Source: Psammoneis japonica | Lineage: Eukaryota | Length of the DNA stretch: 64,000 nt | Direction: 5' to 3' | Assembly (NCBI GenBank): GCA_008632985.1 | Contig: QPGO01000003.1 | Coordinates: 620,001 to 684,000, forward strand | Shown: positions 1 through 11,100 of the stretch, in pieces | How the letters are laid out: every line of letters starts with the position of its first letter | Position numbering within the stretch: the stretch's first letter is position 1 | Made by a program: the position numbers and the translations under genes | The notes under the pieces: generated by a model | Database searches by the model: none | The model's input: the letters and a program-made list of their open reading frames with translations, nothing else | What the model was told of the DNA's origin: nothing

Positions 1-552
1 TCTGCCGGTGTCACGACTGGCGGACCCATTAAGAATCCAGGTCGCAAAGAGTCTCATGGCTTGACTGCAGCCTCAATGGCACCACCGACTCGTAAAAGGC
101 AACCAGTACCACCACCAGCAGCAGCCGAAGTGGCGACCAAGGAAGAAGACCCGTCGACTACCAAATCCTCCTCCCCCGACGAAGGCAGCAAGTCTCTCGA
201 GGTCCCCGCTCCTCGTGTTGTGCAAAATCCGTTTGGTGTCGAAGACATTAGCAACAAAATTATTCACGAAGGAATGCTCGGTATCAACTTGCTAACCAAA
301 CGTTACTTTGTTTTGTATGGAAGCGGTACGGTGTACTTGTACAAGAGCGAGGCACAAAAGGAAAAAAGCAGCACGGCGGAGCAACTGACGAACCGACTCT
401 TGACCATTACACCTGCAGCGCAGAAGAAAATAAAGGGACAGCATTGGGTCACCTTTCATTTTGACAATGGCTCGACGAAACATTACAAAACGTCAAGTGT
501 GGAAGATCAACAACAATGGGTTGATGCTGGCAATCGAGTCAAGGCGTCTTGA
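1..552 (+). CDS. C-terminal part of a PH-domain protein (5' partial)
   Basis: Frame is open from base 1 to the TGA at 552. PH-like motifs: IHEGMLG, KRYFVLYGSGTVYLYK and a terminal helix EDQQQWVDAG. Confidence 0.7.
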   Translation, partial: SAGVTTGGPIKNPGRKESHGLTAASMAPPTRKRQPVPPPAAAEVATKEEDPSTTKSSSPDEGSKSLEVPAPRVVQNPFGVEDISNKIIHEGMLGINLLTKRYFVLYGSGTVYLYKSEAQKEKSSTAEQLTNRLLTITPAAQKKIKGQHWVTFHFDNGSTKHYKTSSVEDQQQWVDAGNRVKAS

Positions 553-2145
553 GAGAAATGTGTGTGTGTGTGTGTAGAGACAACATATTAGTCTCGTTTT
601 TTCCCCTTTGCAACATGGTTGCGCCGCTTTTATCCCTGCAACGAATTATTGTTTTTCATTCAAACTACTCCCTAGCTTGAGTCTTTCTTTTTTCTATGCT
701 GATCCTTGAAGCAAAAATGAATTATCTTTTAGGGATCAGTGTTCACCGCCCGCCATCTACACGTTCTCAATCACACGTTCCTTTTCTTCCAAGATGGGTA
801 CGAATAATCTGGAGACGCTCATCGTTTTGCAAAGGGACAAAGTATAGATTTCTTCTCGTTTTGCGTACAAGCAAATCTTGCCGAACGTGCTCTATTGTGC
901 GATGATAAGCTCTCTGCTTTAGGCTTTAGATGCAAGCATGAGTCGAATCATATTATTTGAACGCCTCCTCAAGTCAAATTAGTACCACCTTTGCCATTGA
1001 GATCAGCGATTGTTCTGGTCACTCACACATCAAACTTCTTGAACCGGTGGATGCAAAACCTAAAGAGAATAAAAAGAAGTAAAACATTAGAAGCGAATTG
1101 CATGGCATTGATTTGAACAGGTGCGTCATACAGCCAAAACGCAATGAATGCACCGGCAGCAGAAAAATGCCTTTCGAAAAAGCACAGCCCTTATTGTCGA
1201 ATCATCGCATCCGCAAGTCCAATAAACGCTCGAATGAACCGGAGCTGACGAAACAACAATCGACAAGCATCAGCCAAGCGTCAAGCGTTGATTGTTGATT
1301 GAGCACAGCACACAACACCAGGCAGCGACCAAAGATGGCACATACCAAACACCACAAATACAGCATTTTGATACTGTACGTACAGTGCCGTACAATGGGA
1401 TGCAACAATACAGTATTACGTCCAACGTCCAGTCGATCGATTGAATTGTTGAGGATGTTTTTTTTGGGAGTGTGACATCAGAAGTCCAGATCTAGATCAC
1501 GGTGAATGCCGCGTTAAAAATCACTATGAGAGTTTGTGAGCTAGATTGTTATATTAATGTGCCAAGGAGCATACCGCGTAAGACTTCCGATACTGATGTA
1601 ATATTATTTAAGTCCCTGCCAAGTCCCTGCCAGTAGACACGCAAGGTGCGCCATACGATATTAAGAATATCAGGTCCAGTATGGAAATACTGTGGTTTCA
1701 CAATACGATTAAGTATTGCCCTCTAAAAAGTCTCACGAAATCCCCTTTACGTTTCCAGTCATTTTTATCCTGGTCGGACATCTTATGCTTTAACATTTTC
1801 CACATAATTGTTGAGTGCGTCGAAGAAAAAATTGGCAAATGTAACTTAATTTGCGATACTCATCGGTAAAAGCCATGGTACTATAGATTTATGCCGGATG
1901 AAGATGTGTCTTTTCTACGAAATATGTAGTACGGTCAGTATGAAGGAAAAAATTCTGATACCACAGAAGTCGTACTTAACGGCCCTTTAAGTGCCAATAT
2001 GTATTCTCATTTAACATTAGACATTTAGCTTTGATGCCGCCAAAATTTGGAAAACACATCATCAACAACTTTTTCTTTCGCGGAGCAGTGTTCACGAAAA
2101 AGATTCACTCTTTGTATCAAGACTGATGTATCGACGACGGACACC

Positions 2146-5100
2146 ATGCGTTTTGTCACTCTTGTACTAATCCCAGCCTTGATGGCTTGCTCTGTGTTGG
2201 GCTCTGCTCATAATAACATTATGAATCGTGGCAAAGTAGGGAGAGGAAACACGAGAAAGAAAAAGAAGCCTGCGAACCGGAGACGCCCGAAACCTGCTGT
2301 TTCCAAAGGAAGAACAGGCGGCAGAATCAAAGCCCCCCCACCGTCTAAATGGGGATGGGGCGGAAAAAACAAACCTCCTCGTCCCAATCCTTTACAAGGA
2401 AAACCAAAGGGAAAGGGAGGGAAGGGAAAGAAGAGGCGTCCCAAGAGGGGTCCTCCCAAGCGGCGTCCTCCCAAGCGGGGTCCTCCCAAGAACGCCAAAG
2501 GAAAGGGCAAAGGAAAAGGAAAGGGAAAATTCTTGCGGCCTGCTAGGCTTACCTGGAGGCCCAAACAGACGCCCTCACTACGACCTTCTACCAGACTTCC
2601 GGACCCTGGTGATCCCACCATTGGGCCGAGTTTACCTCCGTCATCTGCGCCAAACGAAGTGCCGTCTGAAGTTCCTACTGCCATGCCGACTCGACTTCTA
2701 CCCGACCCTGGTTACCCATCAGCTACTCCCTCTAGCGCACCAACTGACGAACCAACCGAAACTCCATCTGGAAAGCCTTCTGCCATGCCGACTCGACTTT
2801 TGCCTGACCCCGGTGACCCATCGGCTGCTCCCTCTGGCACACCAACTGACGAACCAACCGAAATGCCATCTGAAAAGCCTTCTGCCATGCCGACTAGACT
2901 TTTACCTGACCCCGGTGACCCATCGGCTGCTCCCTCTGGCACACCAACTGACGAAACAACCGAAACGCCATCTGAAAAGCCTTCTGCCATGCCGACTCGA
3001 CTTTTACCTGACCCTGGTGACCCATCGGCTGCTCCCTCTAGCACACCAACTGACGAACCAAGCGAAGTGCCATCTGAAAAGCCTTCTGCCACGCCGACTC
3101 GACTTCTTCCCGACCCTGGTTCCCCATCGGGTGCTCCCTCTAGCGCACCAAGTGACGAACCATCGGGTGTTCCGCACGATGTTTCCTCTGACAAACCCAG
3201 CCAGTCGCCAACATTGTCTAACCCAAGCTATGCTCCAAGCGAAGTGCCATCTGAAAAGCCTTCTGCCATGCCGACTCGTCTTCTGCCCGACCCTGGTGAC
3301 CCATCGGCTGCTCCTTCTAGCACCCCAACTGACGAACCATCGGAAGTGCCGTCCAGTCGACCAAGTGAGTCGCTCACTGATGCTCCGAGTAAGGTGCCAT
3401 CAGCAGTTCCTATCGACGTTCCCTCTCATGCCCCCAGCCAGTCACCATCCGGGATGAGTTATGCTCCGTCCAGTCAGCCAAGTGAGTCGCCAACTAGCGG
3501 TTCTAGTGCCACGCCATCAGCGGCTCCCAGTGGAACTCCTACAAGCACACCTATCGAAGCTCCATCAGACGTGCCATCGTCCACACCAAGTGGTGTCCCC
3601 TCGAATGTTTCTTCTTACGAGCCAAGCCAGACTCCGTCGCAGTCACCGAGTGCCATTATTTCGACTTTACCAAGCGACGTTCCCTCTCAAACACCGAGCC
3701 AGTCACCAACATCTCGCATGAGTAATGCTCCGTCCAGTCAACCAAGCAAGGCGCCCTCTGATGTACCAAATACCGCGCCATCAGGAGCGCCTAGCGGAAT
3801 TCCTACAAGAACGCTAAGTGACACAAAGTCGAGCTCACCCAGCGACACGCCGTCGGGCGCTCCCTCAGACGCACCGAGCCAGCCACCAACATACAACATC
3901 AGTGACGCTCCGTCCAGTCAACCAAGCGAGGCACCCTCTAATGTTCCGAGTATCGTTCTATCAGCAGCTCCAAGCGGCACACCAAGCAGCACACCGAGCA
4001 TAATTCCTTCATCCTTTCCACCCACTGCACCTAACTTGGATCAGTCTCAGACACCGAGTGCCACGCCATCGACCTCGCCAAGCGCCACTACGTCCTACGA
4101 ACCTTCCGATGCACCAAGCCAGTCACCAACATCGACCGCCAGTGATGTGCCTTCCCGTCTACCCAGTGGGGCGCCTGCTGGCACTCCATCAAGCTCGCCA
4201 AGCGACATTCCGTCGGCCCTTCCATCTGAAACACCGAGCCAGGCACCATCTTTGGTCCCCAGTGAGGCACTTTCGGGAAAACCAAGCAAGTCGCCCAGCA
4301 GTGCCCCGAGTGAGATGCCATCAGCAGTGCCCAGCGTTAATCCTACAAGCACGCCCAGTGAGGTTCCGTCAAGGGTTCCATCGATGACACCAAGTGAGGT
4401 CCTGTCGAGTGCTCCATCTGATCAGCCTAGTGAGACCCCATCGCAATCACCGAGCAACATGCCTTCGACCTCGCCAAGCAAAGTACCGACGGGAGTTCCT
4501 AGCCAGGCACCTTCTTCGGTCCCTAGTGAGGTACCATCTAGAAAACCTAGCACGTCGCCAAGTGGTGCTCCGAGTGAGATGCCATCAGCAGTGCCCAGCG
4601 TTGATCCTACAGGCATACCAAGTAATGTTCCGTCGAACGTTCCATCGATAGCACCAAGTAACGTCCCGTCGAGCTATCCGTCTAACCAGCCCAGCGAGTC
4701 ACCGAGTATTATGCCTTCGAGCTCGCCAAGCAACATACCGTCGGGAGTTCCGACTAACGCACCCAGCCAGAAGCCATCTTCGGTCCCTAGTGAGGCACCT
4801 TCCGGAAAACCTAGCATGTCGCCCAGTGGCACTCCGAGTGAGCTGCCATCAGAAGTGCCCAGTGTTGATCCTACAAGCATTCCAAGTGATGTTCCGTCGA
4901 GTGTTCCATCAAAAACACCGAGTGACGTCCCCTCGAGAGCTCCGACGGATCAGCCAAGTGAGAGTCCTTCGCAATCACCGAGTAGCATGCCATCGGGGAC
5001 TCCGTCTGAGACACCTAGTCAGGAACCATCTTCTGCACCCAGTGACATGCCTTCTGATCAGCCAAGCATGTCGCCCAGTGTTGCTCCGAGTGAAATGCCA

Positions 5101-8100
5101 TCAGCCGTTCCCAGCGATAATCCTACAAGCGTGCCAAGCAATGCTCCGTCGAGCATTCCATCGATGACACCAAGTGATGTTCCGTCGAGTGCGCCGTCTG
5201 AGCAGCCCAGCGAGACTCCATCACAATCACCAAGCAGCATGCCTTCGAGCTCGCCAAGCAACGTACCTTCGGGAGTTCCGTCTGATGAACCTAGCCAGGC
5301 ACCATCGTTTGTACCCAGTGACGCGCCTTCAAGTCAACCTAGCATGTCGCCCAGTGGTGCTCCGAGTGACATGCCATCGGCAATGCCTAGCGTTGAGCCG
5401 TCAAGCATGCCGAGTGACGTTCCGTCGATGCCACCAAGTGACGTCCCGTCGAGTGCACCGTCTGATCAGCCCAGCGACACTCCTTCGCAATCACCGAGTA
5501 GTGTGCCTTCGAGCTCGCCAAGCAGCATGCCGTCGGGAGTCCCGTCTGATGTACCTAGCCAGGCACCATCGTCTGCACCCAGTGGCGCGCCTTCAAGTCA
5601 ACCCAGCATGTCGCCCAGTGGTGCTCCGAGTGACATGCCATCGGCAATGCCTAGCGTTGAGCCGTCAAGCATGCCGAGTGACGTTCCGTCGATGACGCCA
5701 AGTAACGTCCCGTCGAGTGTTCCGTCTGATCAGCCCAGCGATACCCCTTCGCAATCACCGAGTAGTGTGCCTTCGAGCTCGCCAAGTGGCGCACCGTCGG
5801 GAGTCCCGTCTGATGCACCTAGCCAGGCACCATCGTCAGCACCCAGTGACGAGCCTTCAAGTCAACCTAGTATGTCGCCCAGCAGTGCTCCGAGTGACAT
5901 GCCATCAGCAATGCCTAGCGTTGAGCCGTCAACTATGCCGAGTGAAGTTCCGTCGATGGCGCCAAGTAACGTCCCGTCCAGTGTTCCGTCTGATCAGCCC
6001 AGTGATGCTCCTTCGCAATCACCGAGTAGTGCGCCTTCGAGCTCGCCAAGTGGCACACCGTCGGGAGTCCCGTCAGATGCACCTAGCCAGGCACCATCGT
6101 CTGTACCGAGTGACGTGCCTTCAAGTCAACCCAGCATGACGCCCAGCAGTGCTCCGAGTGACATGCCATCGGCAATGCCCAGCATTGAGCCGTCAAGCAT
6201 GCCGAGTAAAGTTCCGTCGAGCGTTCCGTCGATGCCACCAAGTGACGTCCCGTCGAGTGCGCCGTCTGATCAGCCCAGCGACACTCCTTCGCAATCACCG
6301 AGTAGTGTGCCTTCGAGCTCGCCAAGTGGCGTACCGTCGGGAGTCCCGTCTGATGCACCTAGCCAGGCACCATCGTCTGCACCGAGTGACGTGCCTTCAA
6401 GTCAACCTAGTGTGACGCCCAGCAGTGCTCCGAGTGACATGCCATCGGCAATGCCTAGCGTTCAGCCATCAAGCATGCCGAGTGACGTTCCGTCGATGAC
6501 GCCAAGTAACGTCCCGTCGAGTGTTCCGTCTGATCAGCCCAGTGATGCTCCTTCGCAATCACCGAGTAGTGCGCCTTCGAGCTCGCCAAGTGGCACACCG
6601 TCGGGAGTCCCGTCAGATGCACCTAGCCAGGCACCATCGTCTGTACCGAGTGACGTGCCTTCAAGTCAGCCTAGTGTGACGCCCAGCAGTGCTCCGAGTG
6701 ACATGCCATCGGCAATGCCTAGCGTTCAGCCATCAAGCATGCCGAGTGACGTTCCGTCGATGACGCCAAGTAACGTCCCGTCGAGTGTTCCGTCTGATCA
6801 GCCCAGCGATACCCCTTCGCAATCACCGAGCAGTGTGCCTTCGAGCTCGCCAAGTGGCACACCGTCGGGAGTCCCGTCAGATGCACCTAGCCAGGCACCA
6901 TCGTCTGTACCGAGTGACGTGCCTTCAAGTCAACCTAGTGTGACGCCCAGCAGTGCTCCGAGTGACATGCCATCGGCAATGCCTAGCGTTCAGCCATCAA
7001 GCATGCCGAGTGACGTTCCGTCGATGACGCCAAGTAACGTCCCGTCGAGTGTTCCGTCTGATCAGCCCAGTGATGCTCCTTCGCAATCACCGAGTAGTGT
7101 GCCTTCGAGCTCGCCAAGTGGCACACCGTCGGGAGTCCCGTCAGATGCACCTAGCCAGGCACCATCGTCTGTACCGAGTGACGTGCCTTCAAGTCAACCT
7201 AGTGTGACGCCCAGCAGTGCTCCGAGTGACATGCCATCGGCAATGCCTAGCGTTCGGCCATCAAGCATGCCGAGTGACATTCCGTCGATGACGCCAAGTA
7301 ACGTCCCGTCGAGTGTTCCGTCTGATCAGCCCAGCGATACCCCTTCGCAATCACCGAGCAGTGTGCCTTCAAGCTCGCCAAGCAGCGTGCCGTCGGTCGT
7401 CCCGTCTGATGCACCCAGCCAGGCACCATCGTCTGTACCGAGTGACGTGCCTTCAAGTCAACCCAGCATGACACCCAGCAGTGCTCCGAGTGACATGCCA
7501 TCGGCAATGCCCAGCATTGAGCCGTCAAGCATGCCGAGTAAAGTTCCGTCGAGCGTTCCGTCGATGCCACCAAGTGACGTCCCGTCGAGTGCGCCGTCTG
7601 ATCAGCCCAGCGACACTCCTTCGCAATCACCGAGTAGTGTGCCTTCGAGCTCGCCAAGTGGCGTACCGTCGGGAGTCCCGTCTGATGCACCTAGCCAGGC
7701 ACCATCGTCAGCACCCAGTGACGTGCCTTCAAGTCAACCCAGTGTGTCGCCCAGCAGTGCTCCGAGTGACATGCCATCAGCAATGCCTAGCGTTGAGCCG
7801 TCAAGTATGCCGAGTGAAGTTCCATCGATGACGCCAAGTGGCGTCCCGTCGAGTGTTCCGTCTGATCAGCCCAGCGATGCTCCTTCGCAATCACCGAGTA
7901 GTGTGCCTTCGAGCTCGCCAAGCAGCATGCCCTCGGGAGCCCCATCTGATGCACCTAGCCAGGCACCATCGTCTGTGCCCAGTGACGTGCCTTCAAGTCA
8001 ACCCAGTGTGTCACCCAGCAGTGCTCCGAGTGACATGCCATCAGCAATGCCTAGCGTTGAGCCGTCAAGCATGCCGAGTGACGTTCCGTCGATGCCACCA

Positions 8101-11100
8101 AGTGACGTCCCGTCGAGTGCGCCGTCTGATCAGCCCAGTGACACTCCTTCGCAATCACCGAGTAGTGTGCCTTCGAGCTCGCCAAGTGGCGTACCGTCGG
8201 GAGTCCCGTCTGATGCACCTAGCCAGGCACCATCGTCAGCACCCAGTGACGTGCCTTCAAGTCAACCCAGTGTGTCGCCAAGTAGTGCTCCGAGTGACAT
8301 GCCATCAGCAATGCCTAGCGTTGAGCCGTCAAGCATGCCGAGTGACGTTCCGTCTAGCTTTCCGTCGATGACACCAAGTGACGTCCCGTCGAGTGTTCCG
8401 TCTGATCAGCCCAGCGATACCCCTTCGCAATCACCGAGTAGTGTGCCTTCGAGCTCGCCAAGTGGCGCACCGTCGGGAGTCCCGTCTGATGCACCTAGCC
8501 AGGCACCATCGTCTGTACCGAGTGACGTGCCTTCAAGTCAACCCAGCATGACGCCCAGCAGTGCTCCGAGTGACATGCCATCGGCAATGCCTAGCGTTGA
8601 GCCGTCAAGCATGCCGAGTGACGTTCCGTCGATGCCACCAAGTGACGTCCCGTCGAGTGCGCCGTCTGATCAGCCCAGTGACACTCCTTCGCAATCACCG
8701 AGTAGTGTGCCTTCGAGCTCGCCAAGCAGCATGCCGTCGGGAGTCCCGTCTGATGCACCTAGCCAGGCACCATCGTCTGCACCCAGTGACGCGCCTTCAA
8801 GTCAACCCAGCATGTCGCCCAGTGGTGCTCCGAGTGACATGCCATCGGCAATGCCTAGCGTTGAGCCGTCAAGCATGCCGAGTGAAGTTCCATCGATGAC
8901 GCCAAGTAGCGTCCCGTCGAGTGTTCCGTCTGATCAGCCCAGCGATACCCCTTCGCAATCACCGAGCAGTGTGCCTTCGAGCTCGCCAAGTGGCGCACCG
9001 TCGGGAGTCCCGTCTGATGAACCTAGCCAGGCACCATCGTCAGCACCCAGTGACGAGCCTTCAAGTCAACCTAGTATGTCGCCCAGCAGTGCTCCGAGTG
9101 ACATGCCATCAGCAATGCCTAGCGTTGAGCCGTCAACTATGCCGAGTGAAGTTCCGTCGATGGCGCCAAGTAACGTCCCGTCCAGTGTTCCGTCTGATCA
9201 GCCCAGTGATGCTCCTTCGCAATCACCGAGTAGTGCGCCTTCGAGCTCGCCAAGTGGCGCACCGTCGGGAGTCCCGTCAGATGCACCTAGCCAGGCACCA
9301 TCGTCTGTGCCGAGTGACGTGCCTTCAAGTCAACCTAGTGTGAAGCCCAGCAGTGCTCCGAGTGACATGCCATCGGCAATGCCTAGCGTTCAGCCATCAA
9401 GCATGCCGAGTGACGTTCCGTCGATGACGCCAAGTAACGTCCCGTCGAGTGTTCCGTCTGATCAGCCCAGCGATACCCCTTCGCAATCACCGAGCAGTGT
9501 GCCTTCGAGCTCGCCAAGCAGCTTGCCGTCGGTCGTCCCGTCTGATGCACCCAGCCAGGCACCATCGTCTGTACCGAGTGATGTGCCTTCAAGTCAACCC
9601 AGCATGACGCCCAGCAGTGCTCCGAGTGACATGCCATCGGCAATGCCCAGCATTGAGCCGTCAAGCATGCCGAGTGAAGTTCCGTCGAGCGTTCCGTCGA
9701 TGCCACCAAGTGACGTCCCGTCGAGTGCGCCGTCTGATCAGCCCAGCGACACTCCTTCGCAATCACCGAGTAGTGTGCCTTCGAGCTCGCCAAGTGGCGT
9801 ACCGTCGGGAGTCCCGTCTGATGCACCTAGCCAGGCACCATCGTCTGTGCCGAGTGACGTGCCTTCAAGTCAACCCAGTGTGTCACCCAGCAGTGCTCCG
9901 AGTGACATGCCATCAGCAATGCCCAGCGTTGAGCCGTCAAGTATGCCGAGTGAAGTTCCATCGATGACGCCAAGTGGCGTCCCGTCGAGTGTTCCGTCTG
10001 ATCAGCCCAGCGATGCTCCTTCGCAATCACCAAGTAGTGTGCCTTCGAGCTCGCCAAGCAGCATGCCGTCGGGAGTCCCGTCTGATGTACCTAGCCAGGC
10101 ACCATCGTCTGCACCCAGTGACGCGCCTTCAAGTCAACCCAGCATGTCGCCCAGTGGTGCTCCGAGTGACATGCCATCGGCAATGCCTAGCGTTGAGCCG
10201 TCAAGCATGCCGAGTGACGTTCCGTCGATGACGCCAAGTAACGTCCCGTCGAGTGTTCCGTCTGATCAGCCCAGCGATACCCCTTCGCAATCACCGAGTA
10301 GTGTGCCTTCGAGCTCGCCAAGTGGCGCACCGTCGGGAGTCCCGTCTGATGCACCTAGCCAGGCACCATCGTCTGCACCGAGTGACGTGCCTTCAAGTCA
10401 ACCCAGCATGACGCCCAGCAGTGCTCCGAGTGACATGCCATCGGCAATGCCTAGCGTTGAGCCGTCAAGCATGCCGAGTGACGTTCCGTCGATGCCACCA
10501 AGTGACGTCCCGTCGAGTGCGCCTTCTGATCAGCCCAGCGACACTCCTTCGCAATCACCGAGTAGTGTGCCTTCGAGCTCGCCAAGCAGCATGCCGTCGG
10601 GAGTCCCGTCTGATGTACCTAGCCAGGCACCATCGTCTGCACCCAGTGACGCGCCTTCAAGTCAACCCAGCATGTCGCCCAGTGGTGCTCCGAGTGACAT
10701 GCCATCGGCAATGCCTAGCGTTGAGCCGTCAAGCATGCCGAGTGACGTTCCATCTAGCTTTCCGTCGATGACGCCAAGTAACGTCCCGTCGAGTGTTCCG
10801 TCTGATCAGCCCAGCGATACCCCTTCGCAATCACCGAGTAGTGTGCCTTCGAGCTCGCCAAGCAGCATGCCGTCGGGAGCCCCATCTGATACACCCAGCC
10901 AGGAACCATCGTCTGTACCCAGTGACGTGCCTTCAAGTCAACCCAGTGTGTCACCCAGCAGTGCTCCGAGTGACATGCCATCAGCAATGCCCAGCGTTGA
11001 GCCGTCAAGTGTGCCGAGTGAAGTTCCATCGATGACGCCAAGTAGCGTCCCGTCGAGTGTTCCGTCTGATCAGCCCAGCGACACTCCTTCGCAATCACCG

